Of a stretch of 64,000 nucleotides of DNA, positions 12,436 to 23,300 are shown piece by piece. Origin of the DNA: an uncultured Chryseobacterium sp. (GTDB lineage: Bacteria > Bacteroidota > Bacteroidia > Flavobacteriales_F > PHOS-HE28); contig CAYMXP010000004.1 of the NCBI GenBank assembly GCA_964394425.1, positions 15,874-79,873 on the forward strand, in the 5' to 3' direction. The notes under the pieces were generated by a model. The model was not told where the DNA came from. It worked only from the letters and a program-made list of their open reading frames with translations, and did not search any database. The stretch's first letter is position 1. Every line of letters starts with the position of its first letter. A program made the position numbers and the translations under genes.

Positions 12436-12926
12436 GGCCGGGCCAGTTCGGCGTTCACCACCGGGAGCAGGGGTGCGTTGGGGGGCACCAGCACGCCGCG
12501 CACGCCCGCCGCGGCGGCGGCTTCCATGTCGCGTTCACGATCGCCGATCATCACCGAGCGCGGCGCATCGATGCCGTGTCGGGCGATGGCGCGCTCGAAG
12601 AGCAGCCGGCCGGGCTTGCGGCACAGGCATCGGCACTGGCTGGGGTGGTGCGGGCAGTGGTACACGGCGTCGATCCGGGCGCCCTGGGCGTGGAGCTGCT
12701 GGTGAAGATAGCGATGCACTTCGTCGACCTGTTCCAACGTGTAAAGGCCCAGGCCCACCCCGCTCTGGTTGGTGATCACGATCGCCAGCCGCCCCGCCCC
12801 GTGGATCGCCTTGAGCGCCGGCACCACGTCGGGCAGGATCTCGAGGTCCTCCGGCCGCCAGGTGTGCGCGCCACGCTCGCGGTTGATCACCCCGTCGCGG
12901 TCGAGGAACACGGCCGGGCGTGTCAT
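12432..12926 (-). CDS. gmhB: D-glycero-D-manno-heptose 1,7-bisphosphate phosphatase-like HAD-IIIA hydrolase
   Basis: FLDRDGVIN (HAD motif I), ITNQSGV, the Zn-type cysteine cluster CPHHPSQCRCLCRKP, and IGD. Only the C-terminal 164 codons of the 516-aa track ORF are coding. ATGA-type overlaps with both neighbours. Confidence 0.8.
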   Translation of the reverse strand: MTRPAVFLDRDGVINRERGAHTWRPEDLEILPDVVPALKAIHGAGRLAIVITNQSGVGLGLYTLEQVDEVHRYLHQQLHAQGARIDAVYHCPHHPSQCRCLCRKPGRLLFERAIARHGIDAPRSVMIGDRERDMEAAAAAGVRGVLVPPNAPLLPVVNAELARP

Positions 12927-13543
12927 GGCAGCAGGCCGGCCGGGATCACCGCGCGCACGAACTGCGTGACCAGTCCGGGTTCCAGGATGGCCGTGAAGGC
13001 CGTGCCAAAGAGCGCGCCATAGAAATGCGCGTCGTGCGCCACGTTGTCGCCACCGCGTTTGTCCTGGTACCACTCGAAGGCCAGGTAGAGGATGCCGAAC
13101 AGGTACGAGGGCAGCGGAAAGGGGATGAAGAACATGTACAGTTCCTCGCGCGGCTTCATCAGGATGTGCGCGAAGAGCACCGCCGCCACCGCGCCCGAAG
13201 CGCCCACCGCCCGGTAGTTCGGATCGTAGATGTGCTTCCTGAACCCCGGCAGCGTGGAGAAGAGGATGCCGCCCAGGTACAGCACCGCGTAGGCGATCGG
13301 GCCCGTTCCGTTCAGCAGGCCCCCGTACAGCGCCTCGACGTTGCGCCCGAACATCCACAGCACGAACATGTTCACGAACAGGTGCATGCTGCTGGCGTGA
13401 ACGAAAGCATGGGTGAGGAAGCGATGCCTCTCGCCGCGCGCCTTGATCACGAAGGGCTCGAACCACAGGGACCGCATGATCCGTTGATCGCGCAACGCGA
13501 GCAACGAGACCAGGCAGGTGATGGCGACGATGATGAGCGTCAC
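12923..13543 (-). CDS. rhomboid family intramembrane serine protease
   Basis: Six-TM pattern, HAFVHASSMHLFVNM (the H..H..N region), and the GASGAV catalytic serine motif. Confidence 0.85.
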   Translation of the reverse strand: MTLIIVAITCLVSLLALRDQRIMRSLWFEPFVIKARGERHRFLTHAFVHASSMHLFVNMFVLWMFGRNVEALYGGLLNGTGPIAYAVLYLGGILFSTLPGFRKHIYDPNYRAVGASGAVAAVLFAHILMKPREELYMFFIPFPLPSYLFGILYLAFEWYQDKRGGDNVAHDAHFYGALFGTAFTAILEPGLVTQFVRAVIPAGLLP

Positions 13544-13585
13544 GGCGCGGCCAAGATAGCCGCGACCCGATCGCCCGGCCCCGGA

Positions 13586-14008
13586 TCAGTACGAGTGGTC
13601 CCGCAGGATCAGCCAGCCTTCGGAACGCTTCTCCCACAGCAGGGTGAAACCTCCGTCGAGCGTGTCGGCCGTCCGACGCAGCTCCCACGTGCCGGTCATC
13701 CAGGCGTGACGGTCGCCGGCGAAGAGCAGTTCGCCGATCCCGAAGGTGAGGTCGCCCATGGAGGCCGCGTCCGGGTATGCCTTCTTGTAATCGGCCGTCA
13801 CCTCCGCCTTTCCGCAAGCGAGGCCGTCGCGCCCGGTGAAGCAGATCTCCGGCGCGTACCCGGCCATGAAACCCTCGATGTCCCCGGCGTCCCACGCCCG
13901 CTCCTGGCCGGCCATCACCGCGCGTATGGCCGCTTCGTTGGAGCCGGGACCGTGGCCGCAGCCCGCCAGCACGGCCAGGCACATCAGGGCGGATGCATGC
14001 CGGTGCAT
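13586..14008 (-). CDS. SnoaL/NTF2-like (DUF4440-type) lipoprotein
   Basis: Lipobox-like LAVLAGCG followed by IRAVMAGQERAWDAGDIEGFMAGY, typical of NTF2-like DUF4440 proteins. The upstream part of the track ORF is the antisense of a tRNA and is excluded. Confidence 0.7.
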   Translation of the reverse strand: MHRHASALMCLAVLAGCGHGPGSNEAAIRAVMAGQERAWDAGDIEGFMAGYAPEICFTGRDGLACGKAEVTADYKKAYPDAASMGDLTFGIGELLFAGDRHAWMTGTWELRRTADTLDGGFTLLWEKRSEGWLILRDHSY

Positions 14009-14040
14009 GACGGATGAAAAAAGCCGCCGTGAAGCGGCCT

Positions 14041-14117
14041 TGGTAGCGCGGGGCGGGCTTGAACCGCCGACCTCATGATTATGAATCATGCGCTCTGACC
14101 AGCTGAGCTACCGCGCC
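14041..14117 (-). tRNA. tRNA with CAU anticodon (Met, or lysidine-modified Ile2), CCA encoded
   Basis: The reverse complement GGCGCGGTAGCTCAGCTGGTCAGAGCGCATGATTCATAATCATGAGGTCGGCGGTTCAAGCCCGCCCCGCGCTACCA folds as a cloverleaf: D-loop AGCTCAGCTGGTCAGAGC, anticodon loop TT-CAT-AA, T-arm GGCGG-TTCAAGC-CCGCC. Confidence 0.9.
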
Positions 14118-14226
14118 GAATTCCTCAAAAGGGCGCCAAATGTAGCCATCGACCTGCTGGAGATCGAACCGACCGACTTGCAAGGGAAGGGCTTTTATCT
14201 ACCTTGCCCGCACACGTCGCGCCGCC

Positions 14227-15039
14227 ATGGCGAAGAAGAAAAAGCCGCTGAAGAAGTCCGCCAAGGCCGGTACCGGTACGGCTCGCAAGGCCGCGAGGGC
14301 CGGCCGGGCCAAGGCGCGTCCGGTGCGGAAAGCCGCCAGGCCCAAGCCGAAGAAGAAGGTCCTCCCGGTAAGAAAAAGATCATCGGCTTCTCGTCCGACC
14401 GGGAAAACGACCGGCGCGGCCGCTGATGGAAAGAAGAAGGTGCGGCAGGTGAACAAGGCCATCGCGCCAAAGGCATCCCCATCGGCTGCCCGCCCATCGA
14501 CCGCGGCGAAAGCGACGGCCTCTGCGCCGAAGAACGACCGGCCCGATGCGCGAACCAAGCCGCCCGTGAGGAAGGAAGCGATGCGACAACGGGCACCCAT
14601 CCAGGCGGTGCTCACCGGGGTGGAACCCATGAAGGGCCCGGCGCGGCTCACCAAGCGGGCCCTGAAGGAGCGATACCAGATCGAACAGAACGTGCATTCC
14701 ACGCCCAGCGTGCTCTTCGAGATGATCAGTACGCCCAGCGGGTTCAGCAAGTGGTTCTGCGACGACGTGAACGTGCGCGGAGAGGAGTTCACCTTCCTCT
14801 GGGGCAACGAACAGCAGGCCGCCGTGATCGTGGGACACAAGCAGGGCGAGCTCATGCGCTTCCATTGGACCGACGACGACGACGAGGGATCCTACTTCGA
14901 ACTGCGCATCCGCATCGACGCCATCACCAACGAGGTGGCCCTGCTGGTGACCGATCACGCGTGGCCGGCCGAAGTGCCCGCGTCGCGCCAGCTATGGGAG
15001 TCGCAGATCGCCCAGCTCCTGCGTGTGCTCGGGTCCTGA
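14227..15039 (+). CDS. protein with a Lys/Ala/Pro-rich histone-H1-like N-terminal tail and a START/SRPBCC-like C-terminal domain
   Basis: First ~130 aa are low complexity and basic (MAKKKKPLKKSAKAG...KAARPKPKKK...). The C-terminal ~130 aa (VLFEMISTPSGFSKWFCDDV...FELRIRIDAITNEVALLVTDHAW) resemble the Bacteroidota START-like family. Confidence 0.75.
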   Translation: MAKKKKPLKKSAKAGTGTARKAARAGRAKARPVRKAARPKPKKKVLPVRKRSSASRPTGKTTGAAADGKKKVRQVNKAIAPKASPSAARPSTAAKATASAPKNDRPDARTKPPVRKEAMRQRAPIQAVLTGVEPMKGPARLTKRALKERYQIEQNVHSTPSVLFEMISTPSGFSKWFCDDVNVRGEEFTFLWGNEQQAAVIVGHKQGELMRFHWTDDDDEGSYFELRIRIDAITNEVALLVTDHAWPAEVPASRQLWESQIAQLLRVLGS

Positions 15040-15187
15040 GGGGATCACACGCGGACAACACCCGTCGCGCTTCGGGACAGGCGGCGGGACCGGGGAATGC
15101 GGGATCAACGGCCCTTCCTCCACATCCCGGCATCGATCCATGTGACATGGCCCATACCTTGTCGGGCCCACGCCCGTTCTTCACCCG

Positions 15188-16651
15188 ATGAAGCGACTGC
15201 ACCGCATGATCATCGGCGCCTACCTGGGGCCGCTGCTGGTCACCTTCATCATCGTGCTCTTCATCCTGGTGATGCAGTTCCTGTGGAAGTACGTGGACGA
15301 CCTGATGGGCAAGGGGCTGGCCTGGTACGATCTCGCGCGGTTGCTGCTGTTCGCCACGGCCAGCTTCGTGCCCCTGGCGCTGCCGCTCGGGGTGCTGCTC
15401 TCCTCGATCATGACCCTTGGCGGCCTTGGCGAGAACACCGAGCTGACCCCGATGCGCTCCGCCGGGCTGGGCCTGTTCCGGATCCTCGCGCCATTGATCG
15501 TGCTGGTGGCGGGCATCGCCGGATCCTCCTTCTACTTCAGCAACAACCTGCTCCCGGTGGCCAACCTCAAGTTCCACAGCCTGTTGTGGGACGTGACCAG
15601 GACCAAACCGGCGCTCAACATCCGGCCGGGGGTTTTCTACAACGGCATCGAAGGCTTCAGCATCCGCGTGAAGGAGAAGGACCAGGAGGCCGGCGTGCTG
15701 CACGACGTGCTGATCTATGACCACCGGGACGCGCGCCAGAGCGACCACACCGTGGTGCATGCCGAACGCGGGATGATGCAGCGATCGGTGGATGGCGACT
15801 TCCTGGTGTTGACCCTGGAGAACGGCACCATCCACGACGAACGCGCGCCAGACGGCGGCAAGGGACGCTTCCCGCTGGTGCGCGGCCGCTTCGAGAAGGA
15901 CGTGATCCGGCTGGACCTCTCGGGCTTCGGGCTGGACCGCACCGACGAGGACCTGTTCAAGGAGAACTACAAGATGCTGACCATGGGCCAGCTGCAATAC
16001 GCCGAGGACAGCCTCGAACGGCACTTCCAGGAACGGCTGGCCGCCCACCGGCACTACCTGCGCAACAGCCTCGCGATCCTGCGCGACAGTGCGGCCATGC
16101 TTCCCTCCGAACCACCCCGCGATCCGCCCGCGCTCAAGGCCTCGGCGGTGGATGGGCCAAGGCTGCATGAGATCGCCTCCAACCTGGTGCGCAACCAGAT
16201 CAACTACCTGGAGCGCACGCTGGAGGAGCGGCGTGGCCGGGGAGAACAGCTCGCGGGTTTCCACATCGAGTGGCACCGCAAGCTCACCCTCGCGGTGGCC
16301 TGCCTGCTCATGTTCTTCATCGGAGCTCCACTGGGCGCGATCATTCGCAAGGGCGGCATGGGCCTTCCCACCGTCTTCGCCATCCTGTTCTTCCTGGTCT
16401 TCCACATCCTCTCCTACTCCACCGAGCGGCTGGTGAAAGCCGGAAAGCTCGACGCCTGGCCCGGCATGTGGATCAGCGCCATGGTGCTGCTGCCCATCGG
16501 GTTGTGGCTTACCTGGAAGGCGGCCACCGACAGCCCCCTGCTGGACCGCGATGCGTATTATCGCGCGCTCCACCGGCTGCGGACGCGGCTGAGGTCCCTG
16601 ATCGGAGGGGGCGGGCGCAGGCGCCATGCGGATCCTTCAACTGTGCAATAA
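15188..16651 (+). CDS. LptF/LptG (YjgP/YjgQ) family permease
   Basis: N-terminal IIGAYLGPLLVTFIIVLFILVMQFLWKYVDDL, a central periplasmic domain and three C-terminal TM segments. 487 aa. Confidence 0.85.
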   Translation: MKRLHRMIIGAYLGPLLVTFIIVLFILVMQFLWKYVDDLMGKGLAWYDLARLLLFATASFVPLALPLGVLLSSIMTLGGLGENTELTPMRSAGLGLFRILAPLIVLVAGIAGSSFYFSNNLLPVANLKFHSLLWDVTRTKPALNIRPGVFYNGIEGFSIRVKEKDQEAGVLHDVLIYDHRDARQSDHTVVHAERGMMQRSVDGDFLVLTLENGTIHDERAPDGGKGRFPLVRGRFEKDVIRLDLSGFGLDRTDEDLFKENYKMLTMGQLQYAEDSLERHFQERLAAHRHYLRNSLAILRDSAAMLPSEPPRDPPALKASAVDGPRLHEIASNLVRNQINYLERTLEERRGRGEQLAGFHIEWHRKLTLAVACLLMFFIGAPLGAIIRKGGMGLPTVFAILFFLVFHILSYSTERLVKAGKLDAWPGMWISAMVLLPIGLWLTWKAATDSPLLDRDAYYRALHRLRTRLRSLIGGGGRRRHADPSTVQ

Positions 16652-17825
16652 GCCCCCCTACCCTCCCCTGGACGGCGGGAGCATGGCCATGCACAACCTC
16701 ACGCGCGGCCTGCTCGCCGCGGGCCACCAGGTGAAGGTGCTCTGCATCTCGACGCCCAAGCATCCTCTGGACGAGGATGCCCTGCCACCGGAATACAGGC
16801 GCAGCACCGGCATCGAAGGGATCTTCGTGGACACCAGCCTCAACGTGGTCGACGCCTTCACCGACCTGCTTACGGCCGACAACTACAACATCAGCCGCTT
16901 CTTCTCGCCCGACGTGGACATACGCCTGATCCGCCTGCTCAGCGAGGAACGATTCGACATCGTGCAGCTGGAGAGCCTGTTCATGACCCCGTACATCCCC
17001 ACCATCCGCCGGTACAGCCAGGCGCGGGTGGTGTTGCGCTCGCACAACCTGGAGTACGTGCTGCAGGAGCGCATCGCCACCGGCGAGCGCAACCTGCTGA
17101 AGAAGCCCTATCGCCGCTACCTCGCGCGGCAACTGAAGGCCTATGAACTGGCCGTGCTCCACCGGGTGGATGGCGTGGCGGCCATCAGCCCCAGCGACGC
17201 GCAGAAATTCCGCCAGCACGGCGCGCGCGCGCCGATCGCCACGGTGCCCTTCGGGGTGGACCCCACCGAATACGAGGCGCCCGAGCCGGGCGGCCATCCG
17301 GTCTTCTTCCACCTGGGCAGCATGGACTGGCTGCCCAATGAGGAGGGTGTGCGATGGCTGCTGGCCCAGGTGTGGCCGCGCGTGATCCGCCGGCACCCGA
17401 AGGCGCGCCTGCACCTGGCCGGCAACAAGATGCCCAGGGACCTGATGACCGCCCACATCGACGGGGTCACCATCAGCGGGCGGGTGAAGAACGCGTTGAA
17501 ATTCATGGCGCAACGCCATGCCATGGTGGTGCCCTTGTTCAGCGCCGGAGGCATGCGCGTGAAGATCATCGAGGGCATGGCCATGGGCCGCGTGGTGATC
17601 AGCACCCCGGTGGGCGCCGAAGGCATCGAATGCGTGGATGGCGTGCATCTGCTGCTGGCGCGCACCCCCGCGGAATTCGCCGAGAAGATGGGCCTGGTGA
17701 TGCGCCAGCCCGGACTGGTCGCACAGCTGGGCGGCCATGCCCGTGCGCTGGTGCGCGATCGCTATTCGGACGGGAACGTGGTGGGCGCGCTGCTCGATCT
17801 GTACCGCGCGCTGCTGAAGCCATGA
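16626..17825 (+). CDS. glycosyltransferase family 4 (GT-B)
   Basis: MRILQLCNKPPYPPLDGGSMAMHNL at the N-terminus and a C-terminal E-x7-E-like region (GGMRVKIIEGMAMGRVVISTPVGAEG). Confidence 0.85.
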   Translation: MRILQLCNKPPYPPLDGGSMAMHNLTRGLLAAGHQVKVLCISTPKHPLDEDALPPEYRRSTGIEGIFVDTSLNVVDAFTDLLTADNYNISRFFSPDVDIRLIRLLSEERFDIVQLESLFMTPYIPTIRRYSQARVVLRSHNLEYVLQERIATGERNLLKKPYRRYLARQLKAYELAVLHRVDGVAAISPSDAQKFRQHGARAPIATVPFGVDPTEYEAPEPGGHPVFFHLGSMDWLPNEEGVRWLLAQVWPRVIRRHPKARLHLAGNKMPRDLMTAHIDGVTISGRVKNALKFMAQRHAMVVPLFSAGGMRVKIIEGMAMGRVVISTPVGAEGIECVDGVHLLLARTPAEFAEKMGLVMRQPGLVAQLGGHARALVRDRYSDGNVVGALLDLYRALLKP

Positions 17826-19048
17826 GGCTCTTCGTGCTGCTCTCGCGCGTGCCCTGGCCGCTGGAGAAAGGCGACAAGCTGCGCGCCTACCACCTGGTGG
17901 AGCGCCTGGCACGCAGGCACGAGGTGTTCCTCTGCTGCCTCAGCGATCAACCCATCGATCCCGCGCACGTCGATCACCTGCGCACCATCTGCCGGCGGAT
18001 CGAGGTGATCCACATTCCCCGCTGGCGCATCCTGCTGAAGTTGTTCACGGCGGCGTTCTCGCGCATGCCCTTCCAGGTGGCCTACTTCCACCATGCCTTC
18101 GCCCAGGCCCGCGTGGACGACGCGCTGGATCGCTTCGGGCCGGACCATGTGCTCTGCCAGCTGGTGCGCACCACCGAATACGTGCGGCACCGCTACCTGC
18201 TGCCCAAGACCATCGACTACATGGACACCTTGAGCAAGGGCACCGAGCGCCGAACGGAAACGGCGCCCTTTTACCTGCGTCCCATCTGGCGCGCCGAGAC
18301 CCGCCGCCTGATCGCCTACGAGAACCTGATGTTCGACCTCTTCGATCACCGCGTGATCATCTCCGCGCAGGATCGCGACTACATCTATCATCCCGGGCGC
18401 GACGACATGGCGGTGATCCCCAACGGCGTGGACACGGAGCATTTCCGACCCCGGGAAGGCGATGCCGGAAGGCCGGACCGCCATGACCTGCTGTTCACCG
18501 GCAACATGAACTACCCGCCCAACATCGACAGCGTGCTCTTCCTGGTGCAACGGGTGCTGCCGCTGGTGCGCCGGGCGCGGCCGCATACCACCTTGCTGAT
18601 CTCCGGAGTGGATCCCAGTCCGCGGGTGCGCGACCTGCCGCGCCGCGATCCGCTGATCACCGTCACCGGCTGGGTGCGCGACATCCGCGCCTCCTATGCC
18701 GGTGCGCGGATCTTCGTGGCCCCCATGCAGCTGGGCACCGGCCTGCAGAACAAGCTGCTCGAGGCCATGGCCATGGGCATGCCGTGCATCACCAGCGAAC
18801 TGGCCAACAACGCGGTGGGCGCCCGCCCCGGCCAGGAGATCCTGGTGGGCAGCGAGCCGGAAGACTACGCCGCCCACATCCTGCGCCTGCTGGACGATCC
18901 CGCGGAAAGCACACGCATCGCCGCCAACGGCCTGCGCTTCGTGCGCGAGCGCTTCGATTGGGAACGCGCCGCCGCGGCGCTCGATGCGCTGATCACCGGC
19001 AAAGCCGCCCCGGAGCAGGCCACGGCCCCGGCTGGAAAGGGCCTGTAG
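17822..19048 (+). CDS. glycosyltransferase family 1/4 (GT-B)
   Basis: Start is an ATGA overlap with the preceding GT gene. N-terminus MRLFVLLSRVPWPLEKGDKLRAYH. C-terminal GTGLQNKLLEAMAMGMPCITS motif. Confidence 0.85.
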   Translation: MRLFVLLSRVPWPLEKGDKLRAYHLVERLARRHEVFLCCLSDQPIDPAHVDHLRTICRRIEVIHIPRWRILLKLFTAAFSRMPFQVAYFHHAFAQARVDDALDRFGPDHVLCQLVRTTEYVRHRYLLPKTIDYMDTLSKGTERRTETAPFYLRPIWRAETRRLIAYENLMFDLFDHRVIISAQDRDYIYHPGRDDMAVIPNGVDTEHFRPREGDAGRPDRHDLLFTGNMNYPPNIDSVLFLVQRVLPLVRRARPHTTLLISGVDPSPRVRDLPRRDPLITVTGWVRDIRASYAGARIFVAPMQLGTGLQNKLLEAMAMGMPCITSELANNAVGARPGQEILVGSEPEDYAAHILRLLDDPAESTRIAANGLRFVRERFDWERAAAALDALITGKAAPEQATAPAGKGL

Positions 19049-19085
19049 CAGGTCCCGGATCCCCCGTCCGCTGGCAGCGCCCGGC

Positions 19086-19093
19086 TACCTTTG
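19086..19093 (+). promoter_or_regulatory. TAnnTTTG-type -7 box upstream of ribBA
   Basis: TACCTTTG lies 16 nt upstream of the ATG at 19109. Confidence 0.4.
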
Positions 19094-19108
19094 CGCCCCA
19101 TTCCCCGC

Positions 19109-20326
19109 ATGAGCAACACGCTCGACCCCATCGAAGGAGCCATCGCCGACATCCGTGCCGGCAAAGTGGTGATCGTGGTGGATGATGAGGGCCGCGAGAA
19201 CGAGGGCGACTTCATCACCGCCGCCCGCAACGCCACGCCCGAAGTGGTGAATTTCATGGCCCGCCACGGCCGCGGCTTGATCTGCGCACCGCTCAACGAG
19301 CAACGCTGCCGCGCGTTGGACCTGGACCTGATGGTGCGGGAGAACACCGCGCTGCACGGCACCCCCTTCACGGTGAGCGTGGACCTGAAAGGCCACGGCA
19401 CGACCACCGGCATCAGCGCCAGCGACCGCAGCAAGACCATCAAGGCCCTGATCGACCCCGCCACGCGACCCAACGACCTGGGCCGGCCCGGGCACATCTT
19501 TCCATTGATGGCCAGGGATGGCGGCGTGCTGCGACGCACCGGCCACACCGAGGCCGCCGTGGACCTGGCCCGCCTGGCCGGTTGCGAACCCGCCGGCGTG
19601 CTGGTGGAGATCCTCAACGAGGACGGCACCATGGCGCGCCTCCCGCAATTGCAGGAGATCCGCGACCGGTTCGGGCTGAAACTGATCAGCGTGGACGACC
19701 TGGTGGCGTACCGCATGCGCACCGAATCGCTCATCGAGCGGCAGGTGGAGGTGAACCTGCCCACCGAGCACGGCGATTTCCGCCTGATCGCCTACCGGCA
19801 GACCACCACGGGCGAGGAGCATCTGGCCCTGGTGAAAGGAACATGGAAGCGTGATGAACCCGTGCTGGTGCGCGTGCATAGTTCATGCGTCACCGGCGAC
19901 ATCTTCGGAAGCCACCGCTGCGACTGCGGCCCCCAGTTGCACGCGGCCATGCACGTGATCCACCGCGCGGGGAGCGGCGTGGTGGTGTACATGCAGCAGG
20001 AAGGACGCGGCATCGGCCTGGTGAACAAACTGAAGGCCTACAAGCTGCAGGAGGAGGGCCACGACACGGTGGAAGCCAACCGCCTGCTGGGCTTCGACAG
20101 CGACGAGCGCGACTATGGCGTGGGCGCGCAGATCCTGCACGACCTGGGCGTGCGGCGTATGCGGTTGCTCACCAACAACCCCCGCAAACGCACCGGCCTC
20201 ATCGGCTACGGCCTCGCCATCGTGGAGAACGTGCCCATCGAGGTGGAACCCAACGCGCACAACCGCGATTACCTCCTGACCAAGAAGGTGAAGCTCGGGC
20301 ATCACCTCAGCCTGGGCGGTGAATGA
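19109..20326 (+). CDS. ribBA: bifunctional 3,4-dihydroxy-2-butanone-4-phosphate synthase / GTP cyclohydrolase II
   Basis: DHBP synthase motifs ([26 protein letters not shown]) are followed by the GCH-II zinc motif ([20 protein letters not shown]) and QEGRGIGL. Confidence 0.95.
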   Translation: MSNTLDPIEGAIADIRAGKVVIVVDDEGRENEGDFITAARNATPEVVNFMARHGRGLICAPLNEQRCRALDLDLMVRENTALHGTPFTVSVDLKGHGTTTGISASDRSKTIKALIDPATRPNDLGRPGHIFPLMARDGGVLRRTGHTEAAVDLARLAGCEPAGVLVEILNEDGTMARLPQLQEIRDRFGLKLISVDDLVAYRMRTESLIERQVEVNLPTEHGDFRLIAYRQTTTGEEHLALVKGTWKRDEPVLVRVHSSCVTGDIFGSHRCDCGPQLHAAMHVIHRAGSGVVVYMQQEGRGIGLVNKLKAYKLQEEGHDTVEANRLLGFDSDERDYGVGAQILHDLGVRRMRLLTNNPRKRTGLIGYGLAIVENVPIEVEPNAHNRDYLLTKKVKLGHHLSLGGE

Positions 20327-20335
20327 ACGGCCCGC

Positions 20336-23300
20336 TCAGCGCGAGGAGCCCGCATCCCCGTCGGCCGGAGCCTTCACCACCGGCTTCTTTCGCTTTTCCC
20401 GGCCGGTGAGCCATTGCCAGAGCGAGTTGAACTCCGCGCGGTAGATCACCCCGACGCCCTGGGTGTATGGCGCCTGGTCCGCATCGTTCAGGTTCTCGTC
20501 GTTGCTGCGGTTGAAGGCCTTCAGGCGGAGCTTGCCTTCCTCGGTGAGCAGGTACTCCGCCTGGAAATCGCCCACCAGCGTGTTGGCCTGTTGCGAGGTG
20601 CTGGATCCCGTTTGCACGCCCAGGTTGGTGCTCAGCAGCAGGCGGTCGTTCAGGATCTGCGCTCCGGCCATCACTTCCCACTCCTCCTGGGTCACCGCGT
20701 CGCCGGGCCGGTAGCTCACGCCCAGGTCCAGGTTCTCGTTGATCTGGTCGGCCCAGTTGGAAAGCTGGTTGCTGGCGAACTCGGCCAGCGTGGTGCCGGC
20801 CACGTTGGCCGAAGCCGTCTCGGAGGATCCCGGGGGCGGAAGGAAATGATTGAACATGATCAGGGCGAAGACCTGGCGGTTGCGCTCCTGCTCGGTGCTT
20901 AGTACGCTGCTCACCTCGGCGCGCACGCTCTCGTCCACCGTGGGCATGCGCACCTCGAAGGCGATGTCGGGGTTCATGAGCGCCTGACCCAGGTGCATCA
21001 CCACGTCCACCGGGACGCGCTTCTTGTACGCCTCGTTCTTCTCCCGCATGATGTCGTAGAGCGAAGCGCGCAGGCGATACACCGCGTTCAGGTCCAGCAT
21101 GGCGTTGAAGGGGTCGCCATACCAGGTGATCGTGCCGCCGGGGTCGATCTGGAACCGCTTGTTCACCACGTTGCGCAGGGTGAAGAGGTAGTCGCCTTCG
21201 GTGACGCCGAGCCCGCCGCGCATGGTGAAGTCGCCGCTGGGGGTCACGCGCATGCGGATGTCGCCCCGGCCGCTGCCGCGCAGGATGTCGCCCACCGTGG
21301 GATCGAAGATCAGTTCGAAGCGCGCCTCGGGGGTCACCTCCACGTCCATGTCCAGCAGCACGCCGGTGAGGTCCACCGCGCGCTCGATGCTGTCGATGCC
21401 CTGCCCGGTGTTGATGAACCGCACGAAATCGATGTCGCTGATCTCGCTGCTGCCGCCCAGGGGGAAATGCAGCTCGGTGCCGGGCTCGGTGCGCGCGTCG
21501 ACATTGACCTCGATGTTGTCGGCGAAGCCGCTCACCTGCATGGCGCCGGTGGCGAAGGCCTTGCCGTAGTAGAGCTCGTTGTCCAACGGCGAGGTGTTCA
21601 GGCACATGAAGTGCTCCATGTCCAGCGCCACGTCGAAGTTCCAATCGGCCAGGCCGTCGTGCATGATGGTGCCCACCGCCGTGGCGGTGTGGCCATCCTC
21701 GTCTTGCAGCCGCACCAGGTCCAGGGTGAACATGTCGGGCAGGATGTTCACCCTGTGGGTGAACGTGTAGCGCGTGTTCAGGTAGTCGATGCGCAGGCCG
21801 GCGTCTTCCAGGTCCACCGCGCCGTTCATCAGCGGCTTTTCCAGCCTGCCCGTGATGTCTACCGCGCCGGTCACGCGCCCCTGGATGTCGCTGATGCCTT
21901 CAGGCAGGTACGGCTCCACGAAGGCCAGGTCGAAGCGGTCGAACAGCAGGCGCACCGCCAGTTCCTCCTCGTTGCCCGGTGCGAACCGACCGGTGAAGTC
22001 CAGCGCCTTGAGCACGCCGCGCTGAAGCGTGCCATTGAGGTCCACGAAGTCGTCGGCTTCGTTCCACGTGGCGGCGAAGCGCAGGTCGCCGACGGGCTCG
22101 TTCTTGATCGCGAGGCTGTCCAGGCAGAGGTAGCTGATCATGTACGGCTCATGGAGCAGGTCGAAGAGGCGGCCGTCGCCATCGAGGCTGCCGTGCAGGT
22201 CGGGGCCTCCGAGGAAGGGAGCGAGGTTCTCCAGCCGCACCCCCGACAGGTCGAAGGCCAGCGCGTGATGCGGGTCGCGGCCGATGTGGCCGTCCAGCAG
22301 CACCCGTTGATCGCCGTTCCACAACGCGAGCGAATCCACGCGGATGCATGTGCTGTCCCAGGCCAGATGCGCCGGCTGGGGATTGGACCAGGCGCCGCGG
22401 CCGAAGAACAACGTCGATGGCAACAGATCCACCTCGATGGATCGCGGCCCGTTCACCTGGGCCTGCAACCTGAGCTCTCCTTCTGTTCCGAGCGAGGATC
22501 CGCCCCAGCCCACGCTCAGTTCGACCTCGTCCTGATAGGCCTTTCCGGTGATATCGATGTCGCTGATGTAGGTGCTGTCGTTCAGCGCCTGCTGCTCGCT
22601 GCGGAAGCTGAAGGCCAGCACGTCCATGGTCTTGTCGGCGATCACCGATACGGAATCGGCCGAGGCACCCCCGTAGGCCACGTGCGGGAGGAAAGCGGCG
22701 AGGCCCAGGTCGAAGGTCCGGCTGTCGAAGTACCCGCTGGCGGTGGCGCCGGGAGCGACATCCAGTTCCGGAGCGAACATCGCGAGCACCGGGTCCAGGT
22801 CTTTGAGTTCCAGATCGAGATCGAAGCGCTGTTCCTCGTGCGCATAGGTCACTTGTTCTTTCAAGGATGGGAAGACGCTGAACACCACGCTGCGCAGGGC
22901 TTCGGGCAATCTGGTCGGCAGGAAGGGGCCGCGCACGTCCAGGTCGGCCATGGACGAACGCAATTCCATGAGGGGCTCTCCACCGGCGCGCGAACTCCGA
23001 AGGTGGATGTCTCCGAAGTCGTGTTCGCCCCGTTCGTCGCAATAGGAGATGTCGTCGAGCAGCAGGGTGCCTTTCAAGCTGTCGGGGGCCAGCTCGCCCT
23101 GGGCCTTCACGATCACGCTCAGGGCGCTGTAGCCCGTGGTGTCGAGCAGGTTCAGCGCCACCAGGTCGGCGTGCTGGATGTTGGCCGTCAGGTCCACGCG
23201 CGGCCAACGCCCGCTGCGGTCGGCCATGCCGCTGAGGTCCAGGATCAGGCTCGGATCGCGGCAGCTCAGTTCGCCGTTGAAATGGTCGCGGTCGATCCTG

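Noticed and set aside
12432-13982. 516-aa ORF that appears to extend the GmhB-like gene far upstream.
   Set aside because: Only the last 164 codons (from MTRPAVFLDRDGVIN) have HAD/GmhB motifs. The upstream part is Arg/Gly/Pro-rich and overlaps the well-supported rhomboid gene in another frame. ATG 12926 forms an ATGA overlap with the rhomboid stop.
19049-19108. Looked for an FMN riboswitch upstream of ribBA.
   Set aside because: Only 60 nt separate the upstream stop from the ribBA start, too short for an FMN aptamer of ~130 nt or more. I saw no conserved FMN-element stretches.
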